Source of the DNA: Lama glama
Taxonomy: Eukaryota
NCBI GenBank assembly: GCA_028534125.1
Contig: CM052817.1
Coordinates: forward strand, 57,042,001 to 57,106,000
Length of the DNA: 64,000 nucleotides
Direction: 5' to 3'
Below, piece by piece: positions 52,480 through 64,000 of the stretch (positions within the stretch are counted from its first letter, which is position 1; the number at the start of each line of letters is the position of its first letter). A program made the position numbers and the translations under genes. The notes beneath the pieces are model-generated. The model ran no database searches and had not been told where the DNA came from. It worked only from the letters and a program-made list of their open reading frames with translations.

Positions 52480-52730
52480 CTAGAGGCAGAGTGATGTGTG
52501 GTTAGGACCTAGACTCTGCAGCCGGGCTGCTGGGTTCAAATCCTAGATCAGCTACTTGCTTATTATGTGCCCCTGGAAAAATTACTTAGCTACTCTGTGC
52601 CTCAGTTAACTCATCTATGAAATGGGGATAGTAATAGTCACGCCCTTCCAGGATTGCTGTGAATGGTGGAACATGAGGTCATAGGAGCAGTGTCAGGACC
52701 AGAGTCAGCACCACACATGTATTTCCCATC
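52480..52730 (+). mobile_element. MIR
   Basis: ctgggttcaaatcctag..ctctgtgcctcagttaactcatctatgaaatggggatagtaatag. Confidence 0.85.
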
Positions 52731-53459
52731 ACAGCTCCAGCTGGCCCAGCCTGTTCTTCCTTGGGGCATTTTTCCCTCTGGTGGCTCCTCCTTCTCTTCC
52801 CTCTTCCTCACTTCTACCTTCAGGTTCAAATCCAGCAGTATTATCTTTTCTTTCTTCTCTTCCTTCTTGGTGGCATATGCTAGGACAAGGTGCACATGCC
52901 TCCAAATGTGAAGATTCCAAACCAGGGGACAGACTCCTCCTTCAAGATTGACCTAATGAAACTTGGGTGCAGCAGAAATGTCCCGTGGAGATAATACACT
53001 TTCCAGGTGCTGTCAATAAATGAGCAGCAGATAATGCTTTTGCAATTAAAGCTTCAACTGCCCACTCCATATATGAGCCACAAGTCACTCTCCTTGCTCT
53101 GTTAGGAGTTTACAGCAAGGCGTAGTTTGCTATGTTCCAGGATAGCTTCCTTGATAGAGGTGGTAGTTCCTCCAGTCCAACACTTGCAGTCAGTCCTATT
53201 TACTAAGATTCTGGGTCACACCCCACTTACCAGAACCCTGAAGAGGGAATAGAAGGACTTTGCATCTACCTCCTTGAGTGCAACCCTAGGGCAAAGATAC
53301 AGGCTTTCTGGCACTGATGACTTACCTGCCCCTCTCCAGACCTCGAGGTACTAGACAGCAAGACTGTGTCTTATGAACTCCATATCCCCAAAACTGAGCT
53401 TCGTGCTGGCACGTAGTAGACACAGGCAGCCTTTGTTTACTTAATTAACTTAAAGGTAA

Positions 53460-55130
53460 GGACTTTGCTCTTTGAAGCACTTAGCAGCCCCCAGGAACAG
53501 CTGAGGCTGGGCAGTTTTGTTTCCAATGAGGAATCAATGGCATGACATGCACTGTGGTCCATGGCACACGCTGAGACTGTCCTGGCAGGTGGAGAAGATC
53601 CTGCTGGAAGAGGCAGCTGATAACGCTGCTGCTTACTGCTGTCTGTAGCAGTCTGCAGCACTTTGCCTCCCAAGACAGACCATCTTGGAGAAACTGAGGC
53701 AGCACAACATTTTCATACTTTCTTAAAGGTAAGCTTTCCTCTCTTCTCAGAGAACGTGAGCTCACTGCTGTCTCCCAAACTAACAGAGCATGGTGTTGAG
53801 GGGCAGGGAGGGGAGCCACACTGCTTGGATTGGAAGCTCAGCCCGGATCTGCCCATCAATGGGTATATTCCCTTGAGCAAGGTATGTAACCTCTCTCATG
53901 TCACCAATTCCTGATCTGAAAACAAGGTTTGTAATAGTACCTCCCTCAAAGGAGTGCTGAAAGATGAGGAGAATATGAGGTAACATTTGAACAGCACTTA
54001 GGGCACTCTTGGCACTTGGGATGTGTTAGGTGAGTGTTCAATAACAGTATTATTCGGTGTAATGTCAGATAGGAAGAAAAACCAACTGTGAATATCACTG
54101 CCCCTGGTGAAGAAAGTACCTGTACCTCTGGACATTGTGAGATCTGGCCAGGAGCAGTGGTGATTGTAATTCAAAGCAAGTTTTTGTTTCTCGGAGACCT
54201 AGGCAGAATGGAACCACTTGTCAGCTTGTGCCTTGAGGGAAAGCAAGCACTGTAATAGGCCATAAAACTGCTCTTCCTAAGCTGTCTCAGGCCGCTACAT
54301 GCCTCCCTGGCACCTGCCGCTGCTGGGCATTTGGCAGCACCAGCACCTCTCAGCTGCTGCATCTGTGCCAAGAACAGCTCAAGGGACTGATAAAGAGACC
54401 TACATGGCAGGGGCACACAAGCAGGGAGGAAAGGAGGGCAAGGGATGGGGAAGTGGTGGGCTGGGGGCAAAGCTGCAGAGATGGAAGCAGGGAAAGCCAA
54501 TCTGTTCAGGAGAGCATCAATCTTGTTTTACTATCCCTCTGACCCCGGGAAGAGAAATGACAGTGGAAAGCTTGTTAATAGCAACAGGACACAAGGCCAA
54601 TCCTTTCTTTTCTCTACTTTCCACAAGGCCCAAGTGACATGGAAACCTGATTTTTGTTCTCTGTGCTCCCTGATATTTGGCCTACAGGTCTCTGCATTTT
54701 CTTTCCTACCTTTTAAAGCATAATAACTGTCTTCTTGCAGCATGTGTTGGAGACAAAGAACACAAGAATATGTCATTTCCTATAAAGGCCAGAAAGGGTG
54801 TTGTGACCAGCGAAGTGCTAAAATGACATTTGCACTTAGGTGACAAACAAGCCCATTCCATCCCAGGTAAAGGCCAGGACTTTTTCCAGGACAGTAAAAC
54901 ATGGGAAAGGAAAGGCTGCCCTCTACAGGGCACTCTGGGCATAACAACTGGTGCTTCGAAAGGCAGCAACGCTCACCCAGGTTGGTGAAGGGTAGGAGTT
55001 GGAAAGTCACGTCTGCTTTCAGGTGGACGCCACCTGAGAGCTTGTCCTTGACTAGTACTCTCCCAGGCACCAGCACACTAGGAAAGGAGCAACCAACCAG
55101 GAGAGAATGTGCTCGTTTATGCTGGTCCAC
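53460..55130 (-). pseudogene. SH3-like fossil segments (MIR at ~53780-54050 lies between them)
   Basis: CHAIDS..LSCSWG; PCRSLYQ..CFPSRH; GCSFPSVLV..GSLSF..LGW. Confidence 0.4.
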
Positions 55131-57289
55131 TCAGCTGCCTTCTCACATAAACAGGCTTTAAAAAAAATGATTTCAAGCAAATTGAACTTGAGGGACAAGC
55201 TTTTTAACATTAAAAGAATTTTTTAAATAAATGCATTAGGCTGATACACAAACTGTGGGTCCTTCCAATGCGTTATAGGGCCAGAGAGACAGGCAGCTGT
55301 TCTTCATACTGCCGAAGAGGAAAAATATGAAAGAGACAGTGAAGAGGCATGACACACTCCTAACTCCATCACAAGATTACTGCCTGCATTACTGCCTGCA
55401 ATCAGGCAGGGCACCTTCCCACTCTTGGACTCAGTTTCCTCATCCGTAAAATGAGGTGCCTGGGCTAAAGGATGCCTAAGATTCCTTCCAGCTGAGACAT
55501 GTTATGATCCATGACCTTTATTTTGTACTCTCAGCCAGCAGTGTAAGTGCTCCAAAAGAAATAAATGGAGCAAAGGAAAAAATAAAATATAGTAAGAATG
55601 ACACGCCAGCCCATCCATTTTCTACAGCCCATGGGTTCACCCCACCTGAGGGTCCTTGGAGTTAGAGCAAAAAATTTGCAATCTTGCCTCATCCATCTCC
55701 ACACCACTGCTTTTAATTGCTGGTATTATTGTTTTTAATCCTTTACCAATATACTGAGGTCATGATACCATTTTGTATTTTCTTAATTAACAGATACCAG
55801 AAATGTGATAGTTAGCAGGTAAAGACTGAAGGAAGGTTTTAATTTAAAAACAAAAAAACAAACAAAAAAACCTCAACTAAAAAAAAAATTGGAATCTCTG
55901 TTCTATAGTTCAAAGACTAATTCCAAATAAGGGGATCCATACCAATAAAGGTCTCAGATGAAAGCATTTCTCACTCTCATACACACACACGCACACACAC
56001 ACATCAACTCTATCTGAAATTCAGTACAAAAGGCAGTTAGCAATGAAACATAGAGCAAAGAACCTCTACAATGGGCTGCAGAGACAAGCCAGCTGAATCT
56101 CTGGGACATTTCTAATTGCTGAGGAGGAAAATCTATAATCAGGCTAAGCCTCTATCAGTGACTAAGCTCCTGAGATACTGACGTGTGATTAGAAGCTGTT
56201 GTTATAGAGTCTGTGTCCCTGCCTGAACACCAAGTAATGACCTCTCCTCTCTCACACACTCCTCTAACGTGTGTGAAGTATATATTAAAATTTTTTTCTT
56301 TCTTTTTTTAAGTACCGTCGGTTACAATGTGTCAATTTCTGGTGTACAGCACAATGTCCCAGTTATGCATATACATCATGTATTTATTTTCAGTCAGCTC
56401 CAAAGCTCTTTGCTAGGCTTTTGCTCTGAGAGTGGTTGGGGAAAGAATCATAGCTCTTGACTAGTTATTGCTTTAAAAAAAGGTTGGGGCAGAGCCCTCA
56501 TTCTGAGCAACTAAAACAGGGAGCCAAAAAATCGTTAGGAGTGAGTTCTGCCAGTTGTGTAAAACCACTTCTCTCCTGCAAACAGGATGGTTCACCAAGA
56601 AGTATGCTCCTAGGCCCAGCTTTGCCCCCAGCTCTGCTTCAGTCTTTTTTCGCTTCCCTGCTAACCCTTGTCGCAGGAGGGACAGGTGGGGGCATTCCCT
56701 GAACAACCCCACCACTCCATCCTAGGAGGTGCTTCACAAAGAACTCAGAGTTGCAGCCTGAAATCCCCTGCAACTGTTGGTCATATGTCTTTGCCAATTC
56801 TTCCCTTTATCCTTCCCATAAAGACATGAAGAGATCTTGTCAGTGAGAGAAAATAAAGTATACTACTCTGAAAGGTTGGGTTTTAGTACCCCTGTTCTGG
56901 TCACATCAGTTCTGAGTCTAATCAAATAACTGGGGTGCATTAAAAGAGTCCTACCTTCTCACAGAGTCCCCTTCTCACTCAGCCCCCCAAACTGAAGCTC
57001 AACACAAAATCATGGTTATACTAAAAGAATTCACAATATAAGAAAACATTCTTTACTCACTGTGCCAGAAAGCTATTAGAGCTCTTTCTGTTGGGATAGA
57101 TCGATCGATGGATCGATCGATCAAAAGGGAAGGGGGAGAGAAAGAGAGAAAATGGGGGAGGGAAAGAGAGAGAAAGGGAGAAAAAAGCTGGTGAGTGTAA
57201 AGAAAAGGTGATGAGTTATGCAGTCCAGGAAAGTTCATGTGTGGAGGCACTGGAACATTGTAGACTGAGGAGAGCAGACCAGCAAGGTC

Positions 57290-58576
57290 ATTGAGTTGTG
57301 AGTTCTTTATAATATTCTAGATCTAAGTCCTTTATTGGATACATACTTAGTAAATATTTTTCCCAGTCTGTGATTTGTCTTTTCATTTTCTTAATAGTAA
57401 GTAGCTTTGGAAGAGCAGAAGCTTTTAAGTTTGTGGAGTCCAATTTAAGAACTTTTTTCCTTTATGATCCATGCTTTTTGTGTTCTATCAAAGAATACTT
57501 TGTTTAACCCACCATCATGAACATGTTCTCCTATGTTTTCTTCTTGCATTTGTATAGTGTTGGTTTCACATTTATGTCTGTGAACTATCTTAAACTAATT
57601 TTTGTTTGTGGTGTTAGGTATGAGTCTAAGTTCATTCTTTTGCACACTGATGTCCAATTGTCTCAGCACCACTTGAAAAAACTATCCTTTCTCCATTGAA
57701 TTACCTTGGCACCTCTGTTGAAAATCAATGGACCATATACAGGTGGGCTATTTCTGGACTGCCTCTTCTGTTCCACTGATCTATGTGCCTGTTCTTTTGC
57801 CAATGCCAGTCACTTCTCCAAAGAAAAAGTATGGATGGAAAATAAGCCCATGAAAATATTCTCAACATCATTACTCATTAAGGAAACATACATTAAATCT
57901 ACAATGTGATACTACTACACACCTATAAGAATGACTAAAATAAAAAAAAATTGAAATTACAAAGTTCTAGTGAGAATATGGAGCAGCTAGAATTCACATA
58001 CATTGCTGGTAGGAATGCAAAAGGGGACCATTACTTTCAAAAAGAGTTTGGAAGTTAAAGTTTAACACATGCTTATCCATATGACCCACTTCTAGATCAT
58101 CAAGAAAATGGATGCATATATCCACACAAAAACCTGGATGTGAACTTTTAGAGCAAATTTCATCATAACCACCAGATACTAGAAACAACCCAAATGTTCA
58201 TTAAATGGTTAACTGAACAAACAAATTCAAGCACATCCATACAACATACTCAGCAGTAAAAAAGAACAAAATGATACACTCAATAACATGGATGAGTCTA
58301 GAAAGCAGAGTATGCTCAGTGAAAGCAGCCACACTCAAAAGACATTAAGGAAAAGGCAAAACTGTAGTAACAGGAATTGGTAGTTGCCAGAGGCTAGAGT
58401 GAGGGAAGGGGATTGACTAGTAAGGGGCACAAGAAAATCTGGGGGTAACAGAAATATTCGCCATCTTAACTATGATAATTACACAACTGTATACATTTGT
58501 CAAAACTCAGAACACTAAAAAGGGGAGATTTTACTTTATGTAAATTATACCTCAAACCTGACTAAAAAAAAAAAAA
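57290..58576. mobile_element. L1 (L1MB-like) with 5' inversion
   Basis: 57290-57808 is antisense L1 (agttctttataatattctag..tgtccaattgtctcagcacc). 57812-58576 is a sense 3' end (acttctccaaagaa..aaattatacctcaa plus polyA). Confidence 0.8.
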
Positions 58577-58929
58577 CACCGGCAGATACAAGATTAGCCT
58601 GAGAGAAGGAAAAGCTCTCCGGCCTCAGGTGCCAGCCGTTGGATTAATATTGTTTAATGTTAATTAAATTTATTAATATAACTCTGTGATAAGAGTACCT
58701 GTCTTTTAGTTTCGATATTCCCAGGAGAGATGGGAGCAAGGGAAATATGCCAACCTAGCAAAATTCTATGAAACTAATTATCTCAGGAATTTGAGTAAGA
58801 ATGAACCAACACAGGTGTTACACTCCAATAACAAATTAAAAATACCAGCCTACAGAGAGATTTTATAATATACCCACAAGAGTTTGCTGCTTTGCTTGAA
58901 CCTCATGAATAAATTAGGGTTTGGGTTTA

Positions 58930-59180
58930 TTTTGAGATTTTGCCACCTTTATTCATTATCCAGTATAGAAACTGGAGCCCTTGGTATTGGCTGCATTTCC
59001 TTTTTACTGAGTCTTCCCTTGTTTCTTTTGATACTCTGGCCAACGGCTGCTGCTGCCCATGGTGTCTGAGTGGTAACTCTCCTCTGTAGAACTGACAACG
59101 TCCAAGAGCTTTAGTCAGTCCAATCCAACAGAGCCCATCAAAACAGTCACTCGAGCAGCACAGCCCTAAAGTACCTAGTT
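58930..59180 (-). pseudogene. SH3-like fossil segment
   Basis: TKALGRCQFYRGELPLRHHGQ..KCSQYQGL. Confidence 0.35.
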
Positions 59181-62100
59181 TGACATGGCAGGTGCCAGAA
59201 AATGACAAGCTCTGATTCTTCTAGTTCCGCCCCAGTCACAGAGACAATGACATCTACCAAAACTAGGCAGTGTTTTGCTAGAGCAGGTAGGCCATGCTGG
59301 CCTTGTTACTCAATCACCCTCACTCCCCGGCTCCAGCCCTCCTCTCTAATACTATCTCCTGATGGCCCCACCCCATTCCGGCTCACCCTCACCCCACCCC
59401 ATGTCCATTCCTCTACCTCCACTAGAGACCACCAAGTCATCTCTCTCTAGGCACACCAGACTACTACACTGGCCACAGACCCACTGGGCATTTCCTTATT
59501 TTTGCTCCTTTATTCACGTATCTGCAGCTCAAGTGCCTATCCCATGAAAAATCTTCACCTATGGAAGTCTTTCTTCAAGGCCCAGCACAAAGGCCATCTC
59601 CTCTATGAAGCCCTCCTGGCTCCTCCAATCAAAACGATTCCCTATGTCTTTTATTTCTTCATGGCATTCCTCCTCCCTGATGTCCATTTTCACCCTCAAT
59701 GCCTGTCACGTGCCCTCCACAGAGTAAGGGAGCAGTCAACCTTTGTGTGATTGGACTGGACTTAGGCCTATCACATGAAATCCCTCACTTTCCCCCACCT
59801 CCGATATTTCCAGATAGAATAATGCCTTAAATCTGACTCATTACAAGACTACAGAAAGTTTCTGTGAGAAAATTTTCACTCTGATATTAAGATTGTGAAC
59901 ATAGACCCACAAAAAAAGGGCAAAAGAAATTCACTCAATTCAAATATTGTCATATTGAGCAAAAAATAATTGACTTGCTGAATTCAACTGCTTTAAAAAA
60001 AAAGAAAAAAACTTTTCAATAGCCATGTTGGTCTATGTGTGCAGACATAGACTAATGTTGCAATTAGGCATTCCAGAACATGTCTTCCCATCTTTAATCC
60101 ATCATGTCAATTTTGAGATTACTTCTTACAAAGCACTTCTATGTTTCCTCGAAAACCAACAGGATATGAAAATGTTAAGAGACTTTTTTCATCAGAGAAA
60201 ATGTACTGCCTTTGTTTTGTCTATAATCTTGTCTTCCTCCAAACTTCCACCTGCTGGTTAGAGAAAAATAAATTAACTAAATGTCTAACCTGGTTTAAAT
60301 TTAGTCTGATCCAATAATTTAAACCGCCGCTTTAGGGAATACTCAGTCTCTCCTGAATAAAATCACTCCATCTTTCAAACAGCCTTCCCCTCCTGCTGCT
60401 TCTCTCCCTATGGTGGCAATGAGAGGGGTAGGGGAGTAAGGCAGCTTAAGTGTCCTGCTGCTGTCACACCAGCCCTGTTAGCTCCAGACTCAGCATCCTC
60501 ATTAACAGGAAATGAGAGACCCTCACGAGTGCCAACCTCAAGAGATTCTCCCCCCTCTTAACTATGACTGTCCCATGTTGGTGCTGGCCCTTTCAGAGTC
60601 TCAAAACAAAAACCTGCTGTTCTTACTGGGTGTCCTTCCTACTCCAGGTCAAAAAAAAAAAAAAAAAAACAGAGAGAGAGAGACAAAATACCTGACTGAC
60701 CACCTCACTTGTTTCTCTCTTCTGTCCTACCTCTACTCTCTCTAGGAACAGAAAGTCTAAGTGAATTGCTCCACTAGCCCCCATCTTCAACCCCTTCCTC
60801 AGCCTACCATGCCTTTACTAACTTTGATTCCTCTTCCTATTAATATATAAGCCACGTCGTGATCCTATCAAAATCTAGGACTTCATGACCCCTGTAAGCC
60901 TGTGGCCCACAATTCAGATCTCTGATTAGAGATCTTGTTTTAGTTTGCCGTTGGTTCAGGCTGATGGTGGGCAAATACCTCAGCCATGTCTACTAAATAT
61001 GAATGAACATGCCACAATAGAACTGCAATGTCCAGTGACAAGCTGTCAATTTTCCTCAGACAAGCATCACAGTTACACAGACACTGTGTTAAAATGCCTT
61101 TGAGTCAAATGCACATTTGACCTTTCCACATCTGTCTATCACAGGTTCTTCCAGAACTCTCCCCAGTTTGGGCTTCCTCATCACTGCCGGGCTTCACCTG
61201 AACATGATCCTTTTTGATGTTACTTTTACCCTCTGCACCACAGCACCATAGCCCTTATAGCACTAGCTTTTTAAAAAATTTCTCTCTTACAATTCTCTTT
61301 TCTTGGAAAATGAGAATTCTCTTACGCTGCTTTGAGACTGGCTCCAGCATTGCCAGAAATTCCAAACCCAGAAGTTCATCTCAACCTTCCTTTCTCTATT
61401 CCTCTGTGTCTCTTCTCAAATCAGCTGGTAGACCTCCTCCAGGACCATTGACTCTCCTGGAACCTGGAAGGCCCACCTTACAACTCCTTGTGACCTTAAC
61501 TCTTGCAACCCAGAAAGGGGACTCTGGGCTGGCTTCAACTTTCTTAGGTCTCAGTGTGAGCCCTTCCATCTAGTGTGAGCCCTTCCATCTACTACAACCT
61601 CTATTCAAATGCAGTTCTTGAAATGAATTCATACCTTGTCTTCCAACTTTTAAAACCTGTACCTTATTCATTCATCTCTGACATACTCACAGGGACTATT
61701 TCCTAGCCTGACAGTCAAGGAATCTGGAAACCTCTTCTGCCTCCAGCACAAACTAGCCACATGACCTTGAAAGGGTCTTATGACCTTGAGCGGGTCTTCT
61801 CACACTTAGAAGCCTCAGTAGATTCATCTTTAAATTAAGAAGGGCTGGAGTAAGTGATTGCCAAGGATCATTTCTACTCTGTAGTGCCATTAGCTTCAAT
61901 AAATTTCTCTCTTCTTTAAATATGATTCTTTGCATTCAACTGCAGGAAATAACAATGAGAACTTTCCTTTCCTCTTTGCACACCTGCTGCACCTTTAAAT
62001 TAGGACAAATCACAAGCAAAGCTTCCTACAATATAACTTTCTTTCCTTTCCAAATGCTAATTGACTCCTTAACAGGTGTGTTTTACCCTGCTCTCCACTC

Positions 62101-64000
62101 CAACATTTTAAAGAATAATATTTCTATCACATTACCCAGAGCCTGCCAGCTTCATTATTAAAAATGAAGCAATCAGCATTAACAGAGATAAATGAATACA
62201 AGAAACTATTTTTATTCAATGTCCAATTTTATTAGAACAGTGTATACATCTGTATACCAGCCAAGAGCACACATTTCTTTCTTGAATCTTTTTTTTCAGT
62301 GTCACACCTATTTACCAAATTCAACACTGACCATTCTAGCTCTCAGAATATGCTTCCAAATTCCTAATTTGCTCACTAGTTGCACTGTCTTCTGAAATTT
62401 CCTTCAGTCTTTGTAGGAGTTTTGTTGTTACTTTTTTGTTGTCACTATTGTTAATTTTTCATTTCTTTAAGACATATACTCTGGTCATTTTATTCTGGTT
62501 GACTTCAGATCCCTTTGTCTCTGTGAAGTTTTCAAAAAATAAGTTGTCCTTTGTATTACTTGTCATTACATTAAAACCTATCATTTTGATACAATTAAGT
62601 ATTTCATCCAAGACAGTCAAAGTATGGAAAAATTCTGATTTTCTTACACAGGTACTGTAAGTTCAATCCTTACTTATAATCTATTTTTATGGATGGTAGA
62701 AAGGTTGACATAGAACTGTTTTACAATACTCACATAAGGAGTTGATCCACACTCTGGTTGTATCAAACAACTGGTTAATTCAACGAAGTTGCCAAAAAAT
62801 AGCAATCAATTCAGTGAAAAGAAAATCAATCACAGAGGTTGTTTGGTTGTTTTGTAGACAAAACAGCCAGTGGAGTGATTGAATTTTTCACTTTTCAATG
62901 AGTTGTTTTGGCCTTGTGTGGATGCAGCCATTAACTCATTAATCACCCAGAACTCTTGAGTGGCTGAGAGAGGAAATCATTACTTTCCAAGCATAGATCG
63001 CATATTAACAATATGCAAAAGGCCTGGCAGGGTGACTGTGCTCAATGACCCCATTTGAGAAAAATGAGTTTCACAAATATTTTATAGCATATGGAGGTAA
63101 ACTGTACCTGATTTATCATTTCACTTTCCAACTGCAAAACTCTGTGTCCTTTAGTGTAAGTTTACAGAGAATTTAATGCATTTGAAATGTATTCATTTAA
63201 TCCTTACGTTAAAGTGAATTTTAATTCATAGAGCACTAAAAAATAATCTTACAACATATTGGATTTCCCTACAAGGATTTTATGAAATATCAAAATAGAG
63301 GAATTCTGCACACATCACAACTAGCTCCTATCCATGCAGTATACATATACATGCCATTCTGATAAATATGTGTATCTTCCCATATGGTGTTGAATGTTAG
63401 CTTCTAATTTACCTCTTAATTTTTAATTAATTTTAAATTACATTCTAAATGAAGCCAACAGGAGTCTAATTTGCATGCTTATTTGCATATCTGTAAACAC
63501 ACTGCTTGCATTGTTTATCTAGTCCCTGTCCCCATGACATGCAGAGGTTTTTCTCACACCATGCTGCAAATTGAGGCCATGGAAACATCAAGGTGCCCTC
63601 TAAGACTTCCAGAGAAGATTCTGATCCAGAATGGATGATACTGACTCTCTTTTATCCATAGTGGCCACAGAGGATTTTAAGAGGCCAAGGTCAGTAATAG
63701 TAGTTAAGCCCTTTGCTTTCTCAGAGGTCTAGCAGTACATGGGCTACATCTTAAGAAAATAAAACTATACACTTTTTGCACACTTTGGATTTTTAAAACA
63801 TATAATGCCCAGAACTCCTGAATTATTAACACTAAATCAGAAAAAAAAAAAAATCACATCCTATTTATGTCTCTGGTTTGATGAGTTCCTAACCCAACCC
63901 AACCAGAAGAAGGCAGCACAGAGCAAAGGCAGTTTCCTCTGTGATGAGCAATGGATAATGATTTTCTTTGTCTGAATAGGCTGTCCCAGCAGCACTAATG

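Larger units (their letters stand above)
22902..63750 (-). pseudogene. Degraded multi-exon gene, 5' part: array of SH3-like fossil exons (probably the same gene)
   Basis: Recurrent minus-strand SH3-like motifs: CQAL..SDDL..GW..GW, QRGLFPKNF, EELDL, GWW..REG..P, WW..RQGI..SYI, QARGVHDNMA..VSVQAGDGI, PCRSLY..FPSRH. Exons 23724-23499, 23155-22902 and 22764 join in phase. The 5' extent is uncertain. Confidence 0.55.

Noticed and set aside
57098..57122. Palindromic (GATC)n run
   Set aside because: Short simple repeat with no evidence of function.
63470..63490. Octamer motif ATTTGCAT
   Set aside because: Expected by chance in 64 kb of AT-rich DNA, with no independent support.
1..64000. CRISPR arrays, operons or other prokaryotic systems
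   Set aside because: The sequence is mammalian and contains no repeat-spacer arrays or long ORFs.

Overview
Mammalian genomic DNA, AT-rich and CpG-depleted. It is probably from a camelid, since it carries tRNA-derived Vic-1-like SINEs, along with MIR, L2, L1, MER58/MER5 hAT elements, MLT/ERVL and ERV LTRs, and one 500-N gap. I found no intact protein-coding gene. Reading the minus strand by hand, the non-repeat DNA appears to hold dozens of splice-site-bounded fossil exons, often phase-compatible and full of stops and frameshifts, that together look like one very large dead multi-exon gene. In transcription order (high to low coordinates), a long array of SH3-like domains (~63 kb to 22.9 kb) is followed by an RGS-like domain and about five tandem REM-(CDC25/RasGEF)-RGS modules (22.8 kb to base 1, running off the window). 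I do not recognise a named vertebrate gene with this architecture. All domain calls are by-eye motif matches, not HMM results. The RasGEF/RGS part is well supported by motif order and exon phase; individual SH3 calls are weaker.
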